A stretch of 64,000 nucleotides of DNA from Planctomycetota bacterium (GCA_046290465.1 JBKAGP010000001.1:2784001-2848000), one strand, 5' to 3'; positions 50,119 to 60,304 are shown, numbered from the stretch's first letter. The notes: generated from the sequence alone by a model not told the origin. Numbers and translations: made by a program.

Positions 50119-51138
50119 ATGCGAACGGCGGTCCTCTGTGTGGTGCTTCTCGGTGCGGGCCTCGCGGCGCAGGATCGTCCCGCAGCCGCGCAGCCACAGC
50201 TGCCCAAGCGGCTGTTCGTGGACAGCGTCGTCGCCAGCATCAACGACAGCGCGATCCTGCAGAGCAAGGTGTTCGCGGTGTCGTCCGGCGACATCGTCGG
50301 CAAGGAGAACGAATATGGCGGCCCGCTGCCGCTGCAGGCGATCGCCGACCTGACCGGCCAGGCGCTGCGCAAGCTGATCAGCGACTACCAGATGGCGCAG
50401 TCGGCGCGTTCGTTCGGCAACATCCCGCCCGAGCGCTTCGACATGATCCTCGAGTCGGAGCTCGAGCGCGACAAGGAGGAGCTGCGGCGCGACCTCGGTG
50501 GCTACGGCGAACTCAGCGCCGAACTCGACCGCACCGGCCAGACCTGGCGCACCTACGCCAACGGCAAGAAGATCGAGAAGCTGCAGATGCTCGCCGAGCA
50601 GTTCTCGATCTACGAGCGCCTGCGCAAGCAGTCGAACCTCTACCTGACGCCGCGCATGCTGCGGGAGACCTACCAGCAGGTGCGCGACCAGTTCGTCGGC
50701 CCGGCGCTGGCCCAGGTGTCGCTGGTGACCTTCCGCGGGCCCGACGCGGAGCGGCACGCGAAGGCCGCGTCGGACCTGTGGGCCGACAAGGTGCTGACGG
50801 CGCGCGAGGTCGCCGCCCGCTACGACGGCGCGACGCCGGTGCCGACGCTGCGCGCCAAGGACCTGCAGCCGCGCCTGCGCGACTTCGCGCTGAAGGGCCC
50901 GGTCGGCAACGTGTCGCAGCCGATCCCGCGCGGCAACGGCCTCGTCGACGTCATCAAGGTGATGCAGTACCTGCCGGCCCGGAACGGCCGCTTCGAGGAT
51001 CCCGCCGTGCAGGCGCAGGTCCGCGAGATGGCCACCAACCGGGTGTTCCTCGAGTTCCGTGCGCAGGCGCTCGAGCAGGCCCGCGAACGCACCGAGGTGT
51101 GGATCTACCAGAACGGTCGACGCGTCCCGATGCGCTGA
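50119..51138 (+). CDS. Exported SurA-like chaperone/foldase
   Basis: Signal ending LAAQ; VDSVVASIN...IL.S; degenerate parvulin-like GNVSQPI. Confidence 0.55.
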   Translation: MRTAVLCVVLLGAGLAAQDRPAAAQPQLPKRLFVDSVVASINDSAILQSKVFAVSSGDIVGKENEYGGPLPLQAIADLTGQALRKLISDYQMAQSARSFGNIPPERFDMILESELERDKEELRRDLGGYGELSAELDRTGQTWRTYANGKKIEKLQMLAEQFSIYERLRKQSNLYLTPRMLRETYQQVRDQFVGPALAQVSLVTFRGPDAERHAKAASDLWADKVLTAREVAARYDGATPVPTLRAKDLQPRLRDFALKGPVGNVSQPIPRGNGLVDVIKVMQYLPARNGRFEDPAVQAQVREMATNRVFLEFRAQALEQARERTEVWIYQNGRRVPMR

Positions 51139-51385
51139 CGCAAACTACAACTCACAATTGACTTACGACCAACCCAGGCGACGCTCCCCGACCTGGAAGC
51201 CACCGGCCGTCAGGACTGGCGGTTGCCAGGACGCACCCGGGTCGGTCTACTTTCCCGCCCCTCTCTGAACCTCCCTGCGGATCGGCCCGTTCGACGTGGT
51301 CGCGCCAGCCCTTGGCGCCACACGTCTCCAGGCCATCCAGGCTGCGGCGCCCCAAGCGCCGCGTCCGAATCTCAGGTCCCATAGC

Positions 51386-52918
51386 ATGGTCCATCTCGAC
51401 CCCACCAAGATCCAAGTTCAGTCCAACGCGGCTCCCGTCTGGGAGCAGGAAGAGACCTTCCAGGACATGATGGCCGAGCGCCTCCGCCAGGCGCCGTGGC
51501 TGATTCTCTCGGCGGCCATCCACGCGGTCATCGCGCTGCTGGTGATCGTGCTGATCCCGCCGAAGGAGAAGGAGAAGCCGAAGGCCGTCGTCGAGATGGA
51601 CATCAAGGAGGAGACCCAGATCGAGGAACCGCCTCCGCCGCCGCCGCCGGAGACGAAGACCGAAGAAGTCACGGAAGAGGTCGTCGTCACCGAGACGACG
51701 GTCACCGAGACCGAAGAGGCCTTCGACAACACGGACAGTGAAGAGGTCTCCAAGGAGTCGGCCTTCGACTCGAACCAGTGGAACTCGGCCGTCGGTCTCG
51801 GCGGTGGCGCCGGTGGCCGCTACGGCGGTCGCGGCGGCGGCAAGGGCGGCAAGGGCGGCGGCAAGTCGTACGCGGCTGCCATCGACGCCGGCCTCAAGTG
51901 GCTTGCCAACCACCAGGACGAAGACGGCAAGTGGGACTGCGACGGCTTCATGAAGCACGACCTGGCCGACGGCGGCCAGATCTGCGACGGCCCCGGCAAC
52001 GCGGTCCACGACGTGGGTGTCACCGGCCTCGCGCTGCTCGCCTTCCTCGGCGACGGCAGCACGATGCGTTCGGGCCCCTACAAGGAGAACATCAAGAACG
52101 GCGTCAACTGGCTGCGCAAGCAGCAGCAGGAGAACGGCCTGTTCGGCACCAACGCGTCGCACGACTTCATCTACGACCACGCGATCGCCGCCTATGCGAT
52201 GTGCGAGGCCTACGGCCTGTCGAACTACAAGCTGCTCAAGAAGACCGCCCAGAAGGGCATCAACTACCTCGAGTCGCACCGCAACCCCTACTCGGTGTGG
52301 CGCTACCAGCCGCGAGACAACGACAACGACATCTCGGTGACCGGCTGGTGCATCATGGCCTACGAGTCGGGCGAGTTCTTCGAGCTGCAGATCAACAAGT
52401 CGGCGCTCGACCTGTGCGAGACGTTCCTCGACCAGGTCTCGGACCCGACCGGCAAGCACGGCTACACCAAGCAGGGTGAAGGCAGCTCGCGGAAGCCGGG
52501 CGACCACGGCACCAAGTTCCCGATCGAGAAGGGCGAGGCCCTGACCGCGGTCGGCCTGTTCTGCCGCTTCTTCATGAACCAGGACCCGAAGGAGAAGCCG
52601 ATCATGAAGGCTGCGGCCGACCTGATCCGCAGCAAGCCGCCGGTCTGGGACGAGAAGGGTGGTTCGATCGACCACTACTACTGGTACTACGCCACCTACG
52701 CGCTGTTCCAGTACGGCGGCGCCCACTGGAACGAGTGGAAGAAGAAGCTCGAGTCGTCGGTGGTGAAGAACCAGCACCGCAAGGGTAGCGAGAAGAACCT
52801 GCTCGGCTCGTGGGACCCGATCGGCGCCTGGGGCGAAGACGGCGGCCGCGTCTACTCGACGGCCATCCTCGTGCTGACGCTCGAGGCGTACTACCGTTAC
52901 TCGCGCCTGGTGCGCTGA
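51386..52918 (+). CDS. Membrane-anchored prenyltransferase/squalene-cyclase-repeat (alpha/alpha barrel) protein
   Basis: TM (SAAIH), Pro/Glu and Gly linkers, GLKWLA.HQ..DG.W, TGLALLAFLG, Y.HAIA..A.CEA, YYWYY, GGRVYSTA. Confidence 0.85.
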   Translation: MVHLDPTKIQVQSNAAPVWEQEETFQDMMAERLRQAPWLILSAAIHAVIALLVIVLIPPKEKEKPKAVVEMDIKEETQIEEPPPPPPPETKTEEVTEEVVVTETTVTETEEAFDNTDSEEVSKESAFDSNQWNSAVGLGGGAGGRYGGRGGGKGGKGGGKSYAAAIDAGLKWLANHQDEDGKWDCDGFMKHDLADGGQICDGPGNAVHDVGVTGLALLAFLGDGSTMRSGPYKENIKNGVNWLRKQQQENGLFGTNASHDFIYDHAIAAYAMCEAYGLSNYKLLKKTAQKGINYLESHRNPYSVWRYQPRDNDNDISVTGWCIMAYESGEFFELQINKSALDLCETFLDQVSDPTGKHGYTKQGEGSSRKPGDHGTKFPIEKGEALTAVGLFCRFFMNQDPKEKPIMKAAADLIRSKPPVWDEKGGSIDHYYWYYATYALFQYGGAHWNEWKKKLESSVVKNQHRKGSEKNLLGSWDPIGAWGEDGGRVYSTAILVLTLEAYYRYSRLVR

Positions 52919-52941
52919 TCGCAGCAGCAAGGCCCAATCGC

Positions 52942-52979
52942 AAACGGCTCGCGTCCCTCACGGGGACGCGAGCCGTTTT
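52942..52979. terminator. Intrinsic, probably bidirectional terminator
   Basis: AAACGGCTCGCGTCCC-TCACG-GGGACGCGAGCCGTTTT between convergent genes. Confidence 0.8.
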
Positions 52980-53006
52980 GCGTTGGTGGCCGACGCATCC
53001 GAACGG

Positions 53007-53507
53007 CTACCAACCCCACGTGCCCGGCGCGCCCTTGAAGCCGCGCTCACCGCCCTGGATCCAGCTGGTGATCCAGCCACCGTAGAAGTCGCCGGCCTGC
53101 CGCACGACCCGTTCGCCGTCGACCTCGCACAGGTCGAGCTGCGCCGCGTAGAAGGCCAGATGGCCGCGCAGCGCCGCAAACGTGCGCCGCGGCGCCTCGT
53201 AGGTCCAGGCGACCGCCTGCAGCGGGCGCTGCCCGGGCAACTGCAGGTCGAGGTAGCTCGCCAGCCCCTTCCACTCACAGGCCGTCACCTGCCGGCGGCT
53301 CGGCCGCAGCGCGGCGCGCGCGGCGCCGGTCAGCGACGCCAGCGGCAGGTAGTAGGTCGGCGGGTGCGAGGTCTCGAGCACCCGGTAGGCCTCGGTCGCC
53401 TGGACCAGCTCGATGCCCGCGTGTTCGATCCGGACGCTGCCGGCGAACCGCTCCAGCCGTGGCGGCCGCGGGTAGTCCCAGACATTCTCCTTCACACGGT
53501 GCCGCAT
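53007..53507 (-). CDS. DUF427 domain protein
   Basis: ENVWDYPRPP, VLETSHPPTYY, CEWKG.A.Y, AWTY, Q.GDFYGGWIT, FKG.PGTWGW. Confidence 0.9.
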   Translation of the reverse strand: MRHRVKENVWDYPRPPRLERFAGSVRIEHAGIELVQATEAYRVLETSHPPTYYLPLASLTGAARAALRPSRRQVTACEWKGLASYLDLQLPGQRPLQAVAWTYEAPRRTFAALRGHLAFYAAQLDLCEVDGERVVRQAGDFYGGWITSWIQGGERGFKGAPGTWGW

Positions 53508-53518
53508 GACCCCGCATC

Positions 53519-53545
53519 TTCGTTCCGGAGCTGCCAACGGATGCA
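53519..53545 (-). promoter_or_regulatory. SigK-like ECF promoter, copy 1
   Basis: Minus strand TGCATCCG-ttggcagctccggaa-CGAA, 11 nt before ATG 53507. Confidence 0.6.
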
Positions 53546-53575
53546 CCAAACTGCGAACATCCTACGATTGGCGGC

Positions 53576-53764
53576 ATGCGTGACGAGGCGAGCTACGTGT
53601 GCGACTCGTGCGGCGAGGACATCGTCGTGCCGATCGACTGGTCGGGCGGCGCGCGGCAGAGCTACGTCGAGGACTGCCCGGTCTGCTGCAACCCCAACGT
53701 GATCCACGTCGAGCTCGACCACGGCGAGGCCTACGTGCGCAGCGAGCCCGAACAGGATCGCTGA
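53576..53764 (+). CDS. CPXCG-motif cysteine-rich protein
   Basis: C.SCGE, Q.YVEDCPVCC.P. Confidence 0.85.
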   Translation: MRDEASYVCDSCGEDIVVPIDWSGGARQSYVEDCPVCCNPNVIHVELDHGEAYVRSEPEQDR

Positions 53765-53768
53765 GCGC

Positions 53769-54638
53769 TCACCGCCGCCACAGCTGCCGCGCCAGCAGGC
53801 GGACCGACTCGACCGGGTCGTCGCGCAGCGTCGCGCGAAGCCGGGCGTCGACCGGCCACGACGTCCGCCAGCGCTGCAGCACCTCGAAGCGGACCACCGG
53901 GTCGGCGTCCCGCAGGCCGACGCGTGCGTCGTACGGCCCGAACTCCGGCAGCCGCGCTTGCAGCATGCCGACGTGCAGCGTGCGCCGATCGATCGCGTCT
54001 CCGCGCAGCGCCTCCTGCAGGGGCTTGCCGAGCACCTCGTCGAACGCCTCCGGCGCCGGCGCGGCACCCGACCGTTCGCCGCCGATGGCGAGCCACTCGG
54101 ACATCGCCGCCACCCGCTGCTGCTGCTCCAGCGCCTGCGCCGCCTCGACCTCGCGACGATACTGCTCGTCGAGCTCGGCACGCTGTTCTGCGGTCAACGG
54201 CGGCTGGTGCGCCGGCAGGTCGAACAGCGAACGCCCGAGCCACGAGCCGGTGAATGCCACCGGCGTCCACACGGCGCGGAACGGCAGCCACGCCAGCTCG
54301 GTATAGTCGGACTCTTCGAAGTCGAACGACTCGTCGCGCCAGACCAGACCGGCGTCGTTCCAGGCGTCGTCGACGACCTGGATCGGATGCGCGACCAGCG
54401 TGTCGGTCAGGATCGCGCCGAGGCCGATCGGCACGGTCACCGGCAGCGTCGCGAAGAACCAGCCGTCGCCCTCGGGCACGACGTTCTGCTCGAACGCGTT
54501 CCAGACCGGCCGGTTGTCGGGGTTGGACCAGGCGCACGATGACAGCGACAGCAGCGCGCCCGACAAGATGAGGCGATGCCAAAGGAGGCGATACCAGACG
54601 CAACGACGCCTGACGACAGGATGCAGCAACGCCTTCAT
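53769..54638 (-). CDS. Hypothetical lipoprotein with C-terminal HEAT-like repeats
   Basis: Lipobox LSSC; N-terminal domain paralogous to next gene; D.DP.VR repeats; ATGA coupling. Confidence 0.6.
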   Translation of the reverse strand: MKALLHPVVRRRCVWYRLLWHRLILSGALLSLSSCAWSNPDNRPVWNAFEQNVVPEGDGWFFATLPVTVPIGLGAILTDTLVAHPIQVVDDAWNDAGLVWRDESFDFEESDYTELAWLPFRAVWTPVAFTGSWLGRSLFDLPAHQPPLTAEQRAELDEQYRREVEAAQALEQQQRVAAMSEWLAIGGERSGAAPAPEAFDEVLGKPLQEALRGDAIDRRTLHVGMLQARLPEFGPYDARVGLRDADPVVRFEVLQRWRTSWPVDARLRATLRDDPVESVRLLARQLWRR

Positions 54639-55126
54639 CGCGTCCCCTCCCGTGCTTCGCCGGACTGGCCACCGGACTCGTCACCGGCGCGATCGCCGAC
54701 CGGCTCGTCGTCGTTGGCGTAGTCGTCGTCGGCGTAGTCGTGGTCGTCGATGTCGAACACCGAACGGAACACCCAGTCGACGCCGAACACGACCGGCGTC
54801 GCCAGCGCCGACAACGGCGTCAGCAGCACGGTGCGGAAGTTGGAGTCGTGGTCGAACTCCCACAGCAGATCGGCCGTGTCCCACCACGCATCGTCGAGCT
54901 GCGACAGCGGGTGCACGACGACCGCGTCGGCCGCGCCCGCGACCAGGCCGACCGGCAGCGCGATCGGCGCCGCCAGCCAGCGCCCCGTCTCGCTCGACGG
55001 AGCGACGTGTTCGTCCAGCTGGTTGAGCAGCAGGCGGCGATCGGGATTGGCGATCGCGCAGCTCGCCAGCGAGGCCAGAACGAGCATCGCCGCGCATCGG
55101 TTCATTCGCGACTGGTGGTTCTTCAC
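54635..55126 (-). CDS. Hypothetical lipoprotein, paralog of neighbour
   Basis: Lipobox LASC; NPD.R, D..VVHP...DDAW.D, TPV.F..W..RS.FD; acidic tail; alternative ATG 55105. Confidence 0.6.
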   Translation of the reverse strand: MKNHQSRMNRCAAMLVLASLASCAIANPDRRLLLNQLDEHVAPSSETGRWLAAPIALPVGLVAGAADAVVVHPLSQLDDAWWDTADLLWEFDHDSNFRTVLLTPLSALATPVVFGVDWVFRSVFDIDDHDYADDDYANDDEPVGDRAGDESGGQSGEAREGTR

Positions 55127-55293
55127 GACGCGAGCCTACGCGACAGAACCTGCGCGAAGAAGTGATCCGCGCCGCGATCCGGCCCGTTGACAGGATGCAT
55201 CGGGCCACCGCGGTTGCGCGGCGACGACGCCGTGCGGGTTGGCCCGAACGCACACGAACGCGCGCCCACGAGAGCGCGCAGGAGAAGTCCCTC

Positions 55294-56817
55294 ATGCAGA
55301 CGTCCGCGCTACCGGTCCGTACCCACCGCTTCGAGAACGACGAGAGCTTCCAGGAGATGATGGCCGCGCGGCTGCGGCAGTCGCCGTGGCTCTTGCTATC
55401 GGTCGGCGTGCACGCGGTGTTGCTGTTGTTGGTCTGGGTGCTGATCCCTCCCGAGGCGGCCAGGAAGCCGAGCACGCAGATCACGTTACAGCAGCCCGAG
55501 GACAACCCGGTCGAGCCGCCGCCGCCGCCGGAGAAGCCGGAGGTCAAGCCCGAGGTCGACCCGGACGTCACACCGATCGACGATCCGGTCGTCAACGAGA
55601 ACCCGGTCGAGAGCGACAACCCGTCGGACGCGGACAGCTCCGACATGTCGACCGAATCGGCGTTCACGTCGGACCAGTGGAACACGGCGCTCGGCATGGG
55701 CGGCGGCGCCGCCGGTCCCTACGGCAACCGCGGCACCGGCGGCGGCGGCGGCAGCGGCGGACACCGTCCGATCCCGACCGTGCAGCGCGGGCTCGAGTGG
55801 CTCGCCGCGCACCAGGACGAGGACGGTCGCTGGGACGCCGACGGCTTCATGAAGCACGACGACCCGGCGCTGGCGCCGTGTGACGGGCCCGGCAACGGCG
55901 CGCACGACGTCGGCTGCACTGGCCTTGCGCTGCTCGCGTTCCTCGGCGAGAACAACACGACCAAGTCGGGCCCCTACAAGGACAACGTGCGCCGCGGCAT
56001 CAACTGGCTGCGCAGCCAGCAGGACCCGACCACCGGCCTGTTCGGCGGCAGGACCACGCACGACTTCATCTACGACCACGCGATCGCCGCCTACGCGATG
56101 TGCGAGGCGTTCGGCCTGTCGGACTCGAAGGTGCTGAAGAAGTTCGCGCAGCGCGGCATCGACTACCTCGAGGCGCACCGCAACGGCTACTCCGTGTGGC
56201 GCTACCAGCCGCAGGACCAGGACAACGACATCTCGGTCACGGGCTGGGCGGTGATGGCCTACAAGTCGGGCAAGTTCTTCGGGCTGACGATCAACGAGGA
56301 CGCGATGAAGAACGCCGCGGTATTCCTCGATCAGGTCAGCGACGGCACCGGCCGCCACGGCTACCAGAAGGCCGGCGAAGGCAGCTCGCGCAAGAAGGGC
56401 GACCACGGCGTGAAGTTCCCGGCCGAGAAGACCCACGCGCTGACCGCGGTCGGCCTGTTCTGCCGGTTTTTCCTCGGCCAGGACCCGAAGGAGACGCCGA
56501 TCATGGGCGCGTCGGCGAAGCTGATGAACACGCTGCCGCCGGTGTGGGACGAGCAGTCCGGCGCGATCGACCACTACTACTGGTACTACGCGACCTACGC
56601 GCTGTTCCAGATGGGCGGCACCGAGTGGCGCCGCTGGCAGAAGGCGATCGACAAGGTCGTGCCCAAGAACCAGCACCAGCAGCGCTCGCAGAAGAACCTC
56701 TACGGCTCGTGGGATCCGGTCGGCGCGTGGGGCGACGACGGCGGCCGCGTCTACTCGACGGCGATCCTGACGCTGACCATGCAGGCCAACTACCGCTACA
56801 CGCCGTTCGTGCGCTGA
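55294..56817 (+). CDS. Second prenyltransferase/squalene-cyclase-repeat membrane protein (paralog of 51386)
   Basis: FQEMMA.RLRQ.PWL, HDFIYDHAIAAYAMCEA, DNDISVTGW, IDHYYWYYATYALFQ, GGRVYSTAIL. Confidence 0.85.
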   Translation: MQTSALPVRTHRFENDESFQEMMAARLRQSPWLLLSVGVHAVLLLLVWVLIPPEAARKPSTQITLQQPEDNPVEPPPPPEKPEVKPEVDPDVTPIDDPVVNENPVESDNPSDADSSDMSTESAFTSDQWNTALGMGGGAAGPYGNRGTGGGGGSGGHRPIPTVQRGLEWLAAHQDEDGRWDADGFMKHDDPALAPCDGPGNGAHDVGCTGLALLAFLGENNTTKSGPYKDNVRRGINWLRSQQDPTTGLFGGRTTHDFIYDHAIAAYAMCEAFGLSDSKVLKKFAQRGIDYLEAHRNGYSVWRYQPQDQDNDISVTGWAVMAYKSGKFFGLTINEDAMKNAAVFLDQVSDGTGRHGYQKAGEGSSRKKGDHGVKFPAEKTHALTAVGLFCRFFLGQDPKETPIMGASAKLMNTLPPVWDEQSGAIDHYYWYYATYALFQMGGTEWRRWQKAIDKVVPKNQHQQRSQKNLYGSWDPVGAWGDDGGRVYSTAILTLTMQANYRYTPFVR

Positions 56818-57070
56818 CGCGCGAACGGTCTCGCGTCGGGACGCCGTCGCATTCCGGGTCCCGGTGCCCGACCGGAAATGCGGCGGCCGTCCCGAAACGC
56901 GTCACCGGATAAACCCCGATTCCACCCCGACATGCGCCCTTGCCACCGGGGCGCCGCGCGATCGCCTCGGAAGTTTCCTGAAGTAGGACTCAAGCGATTG
57001 CCGATGGGTTTGGCAACAGGGTGCCGGACCTACCGCCGCGGCGCCCAAGCCAAGAGATCGAGGAGGACTG

Positions 57071-57901
57071 ATGGGCCTGCGGGTCAATTCGAATATCGCA
57101 TCCCTGAACGCACAGCGCTCGCTGTCGACGACGACCGAGCGCCTGCAGGCGAACTACCGCCGCCTGTCGACGGGTCTGCGAATCTCCACCGCGTCGGACG
57201 ACGCCGCCGGTCTCGCGATCTCGGAGCGCTTCCGCGCCCAGATCCGTTCGACCAACCAGGCGATCCGGAACGCACAGGACGGCATCTCGCTGACGCAGAC
57301 CGGGGAAGGCGCGCTGAACGAGGTCAGCTCGATCCTGATCCGAATGCGAGAACTGTCGATCCAGGCGAGCAACGGCACGGTCAGCGACGCCGACAAGGCG
57401 ACGCTCAACCAGGAGTTCGCCGACCTGATCAACGAGATCGACCGGATCGCGCAGTCGACCACGTTCAACGGCGTGCGGCTGCTCGACGGCACCGGCTCGA
57501 CGCTGACCTTCCAGGTCGGCACCGGCACGACCAGCGGCATCGACACGATCCAGCTGAGCACGTCGGACACGCTGGCGTCGACGCTCGGCCTGTCGACGCT
57601 CGACATCGGCTCCGGCGGCGCGCCGACCCTCGCGGTCTCGCTGCTCGACGACGCGATCAACGCGGTCAGCCGCGTGCGCGGCCAGTTCGGCGCGGCCCAG
57701 AACCGCCTGTCGACGACGATCGCCAACCTGCAGATCCAGTCCGAGAACCTGAGCGCGGCCGAGTCCCGCATCCGCGACGTCGACGTCGCCGTCGAGACCT
57801 CGGCGCTGACCAGGAACTCGATCCTGCAGCAGGCCGCGATCTCGATCCTGGCCCAGGCCAACACGCAGCCGCAGGCCGCCCTGACGCTGCTGCAGGGCTA
57901 A
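57071..57901 (+). CDS. fliC: Flagellin (short, D0/D1 only)
   Basis: RVNSNIASLNAQR, RLSTGLRI..ASDDAAGLAI, NAQDGIS, GAAQNRL, ESRIRDVD.A.E, LAQAN; AGGAGG RBS. Confidence 0.97.
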   Translation: MGLRVNSNIASLNAQRSLSTTTERLQANYRRLSTGLRISTASDDAAGLAISERFRAQIRSTNQAIRNAQDGISLTQTGEGALNEVSSILIRMRELSIQASNGTVSDADKATLNQEFADLINEIDRIAQSTTFNGVRLLDGTGSTLTFQVGTGTTSGIDTIQLSTSDTLASTLGLSTLDIGSGGAPTLAVSLLDDAINAVSRVRGQFGAAQNRLSTTIANLQIQSENLSAAESRIRDVDVAVETSALTRNSILQQAAISILAQANTQPQAALTLLQG

Positions 57902-57930
57902 GCCGCCCTAGCTCGCGCGGGTGCGCGCGA

Positions 57931-58194
57931 TCAGCTCATCGCGTTGACCGCCTTCATCGCCAGGCCCTTGCGGCGCGAGGCGGTGTGGCGGTGGATGACG
58001 TTCTGCTTGGCCGCCTTGTCGATGCACTTGCAGACCAGCGTCAGCATCTCCTGCGCCTTGCTCTTGTCGCCGGCTTCGACCGCGGCGAACAGCTTCTTGG
58101 TCTCGGTCTTCATGCGGCTCATCCGCGCCTTGTTGTCGACGCGCTTCTTCTCGGTCGTGCGGATGCGCTTGATCGCTTGCTTGCTGTGGGCCAT
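57931..58194 (-). CDS. rpsT: 30S ribosomal protein S20
   Basis: MAHSKQAIKRIR...N....S.MKT..KK, IDKAA...VIH..TASRRK. Confidence 0.95.
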   Translation of the reverse strand: MAHSKQAIKRIRTTEKKRVDNKARMSRMKTETKKLFAAVEAGDKSKAQEMLTLVCKCIDKAAKQNVIHRHTASRRKGLAMKAVNAMS

Positions 58195-58265
58195 CGCTTG
58201 GTTTCTCGGCTCTATCTCTGACTAAGGGAGGTTGGGTTGAGGCAATCGTGGGTGCGCCGGGCGGA

Positions 58266-59594
58266 TCAGCCCTTCAGCGCCTCCACCTTCTTGGCGACAT
58301 CGCGGAAGCCGATGTCTTGTTCGAGGATCTTGGTGAAGTGGCGCAGGGCGTCGTCGTTCTTGCCCTGGGCCTCGCAGATGACGCCCATCTCGTAGAGCGC
58401 CTCCTTCTGCCGTGCGCCGCCCGCCGCCAGCGCCTTCTCGTACTGGCCGAGGGCGAGGTCGTGCAGGTCCTTCTGCTGGAACGCCTGCCCGAGCAGGAAC
58501 GTCGCGTCGGTCTTCTTGCGCGGGTCCTTGACGGCCTGCTGCAGCTCGGCGATCGCGTCGTCGAGCTCGCCGGCCTCGAGCAGGCCGGCGCCCAGGTCGA
58601 AGCGGGCCCCGAGGTCCGACGGGTTGCGCTCGACGCGACGGCGGGCCTCGCCGACGCGCAGCTGGCCGAGCGCCTGACGGGCGCGGTTGGCCGCCGCCTC
58701 GTCGCCGCGCTTCAGCGCCTTCTGCACCATCTGCTCCTGCAGACGGATGCGCAGGTCGCTGGCGACCTCGAGCAGTTCGCCGTCGTCCGGGTTCTTCTGC
58801 AGCAGCTGCTCGATCAGGTCGAGCGCGCCGCGCAGGTCCTTGGCCATCTCGCGCAGCCGCGCGCAGCGGCGCAGCAGCTTCTCGTCGCCGGGGGTCTCCT
58901 GCAGCTGGTTCTCCAGCTGCTGGAGCTCCTCCTCGACCTCCTCGGCCGACAGCTGCAGGCGCTCCTGGCGCTCGAGCTGCTTCTGCCGGGTCTTGTCCTT
59001 GATCAGGTCGCGCGAACTCTCGGCCTTCTCGATGCCGGTGCTCGCCAGCGCGCCCTCGGCCGCGAGGTTCTTGCGCGCCTTCAGCGACTCCTGGTCGCGC
59101 GGGTCGACCTTGAGCGCCTGCTCATACATCTCGAGGGCTTCGTTGAGCTTGCCGTGCTCGTAGTAGAGCGCGCCGGCCGCGCGGCAGGCTTCGAGGCAGC
59201 GCGGCTGCACCTCGGCGTAGGCCGCGTAGACCGCCAGCGCCGACCGGGTGTGGCCGGCCCGCTCGAGCGAGTTGCCGAGCTTGAGGTTGGCTCCCTCGGC
59301 CGCCGGATCGAACGTCAGGTAACGCTCGTACGACTTCGCCGCGCCGCCGTGCGCGCCGACCAGACGCTGCAGGCCACCGACCAGCAGGTTGACCCCGCCG
59401 AACAGCATCGCCGTCAACTTCGACGGCGGCTTCTGCGCGGCCTTCTGGAACAGCGCCTTGCGCAGTCCGGCGCGGGCCTCGCCGAAGTCCGGCTGGATCG
59501 ACAGCACCTGGCCGTAGATCTTGACGGCCATCGCGTAGTTGCGTCGCTTGACGGCGTCGGCCGCCTGCTCGAGGTACTTGCTGAGATCCACCAT
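58266..59594 (-). CDS. Tetratricopeptide repeat protein
   Basis: Multiple TPRs (A..Y..AL..DP), C-terminal DIGFRDVA. Confidence 0.82.
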   Translation of the reverse strand: MVDLSKYLEQAADAVKRRNYAMAVKIYGQVLSIQPDFGEARAGLRKALFQKAAQKPPSKLTAMLFGGVNLLVGGLQRLVGAHGGAAKSYERYLTFDPAAEGANLKLGNSLERAGHTRSALAVYAAYAEVQPRCLEACRAAGALYYEHGKLNEALEMYEQALKVDPRDQESLKARKNLAAEGALASTGIEKAESSRDLIKDKTRQKQLERQERLQLSAEEVEEELQQLENQLQETPGDEKLLRRCARLREMAKDLRGALDLIEQLLQKNPDDGELLEVASDLRIRLQEQMVQKALKRGDEAAANRARQALGQLRVGEARRRVERNPSDLGARFDLGAGLLEAGELDDAIAELQQAVKDPRKKTDATFLLGQAFQQKDLHDLALGQYEKALAAGGARQKEALYEMGVICEAQGKNDDALRHFTKILEQDIGFRDVAKKVEALKG

Positions 59595-59766
59595 GGAGGT
59601 CTAGGGAACGCCCGCCCGCCGCGGGGCTGCCAGGCCGTCGAACGGGGTCCCGGCGAGTGGGCCGGGATTCGGGTCCGGGGACTGCTTGACGCGGGCGAAA
59701 GGGCGGAACAATCTACCGTCCGAGCCCGGGCCCCGCAACGTGGCTCCGGCCCCGACCGCAAATCCC

Positions 59767-60279
59767 ATGGAAGTCCTGATCTACCCCGACCCGATCCTTC
59801 GCCGCGGCGGCCAGCCGATCACCGAATTCGACCAGGACCTGGCCGACCTGGCCGACCGGATGATGGCGGCGATGTACGAGGAGGGCGGCGTCGGCCTGGC
59901 TGCCCCCCAGGTCGGCATCGAGCAGAAGCTGCTGGTGCTCAACCCCAGTGGCAGCAAGGACGACCGCTCGGGTGAACGGGTGCTCTGCAACCCCAAGATC
60001 GTGCGCAAGAAGAAGTGGGAGTTCGGTGAGGAGGGCTGTTTGTCGTTCCCGGGCATCCAGGCCGAGGTCGAGCGCTCGGTCGAGATCACGGTCGCCTACC
60101 AGGACCTGAAGGGCGAGGAGCAGCAGCTCAAGTGCGACGGCTGGCTGGCCCGGATCGTGCAGCACGAGATCGACCACCTCGAGGGGGTGTTTTTCGTCGA
60201 TCGCCTGACCGCAACCGAGAAGCTGCGGGTCAAGCAGCAGCTGCTCAGGCTCGAAGACGACTTCAAGGCCCGCGCCTGA
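59767..60279 (+). CDS. def: Peptide deformylase
   Basis: YPDPILR, GVGLAAPQVG, EGCLS, QHEIDHL. Confidence 0.96.
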   Translation: MEVLIYPDPILRRGGQPITEFDQDLADLADRMMAAMYEEGGVGLAAPQVGIEQKLLVLNPSGSKDDRSGERVLCNPKIVRKKKWEFGEEGCLSFPGIQAEVERSVEITVAYQDLKGEEQQLKCDGWLARIVQHEIDHLEGVFFVDRLTATEKLRVKQQLLRLEDDFKARA

Positions 60280-60304
60280 GCTCCCGGGCGACGGCCGCAC
60301 GACC

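Noticed and set aside
51386..56817. Squalene-hopene cyclase genes
   Set aside because: Single barrel with an N-terminal membrane tether and no DxDD catalytic motif.
56979..57006. Sigma28 promoter for fliC
   Set aside because: GCCGAT -10-like box is present at 57000 but the best -35 (TGAAG) is 2 nt off canonical spacing; too weak to call.
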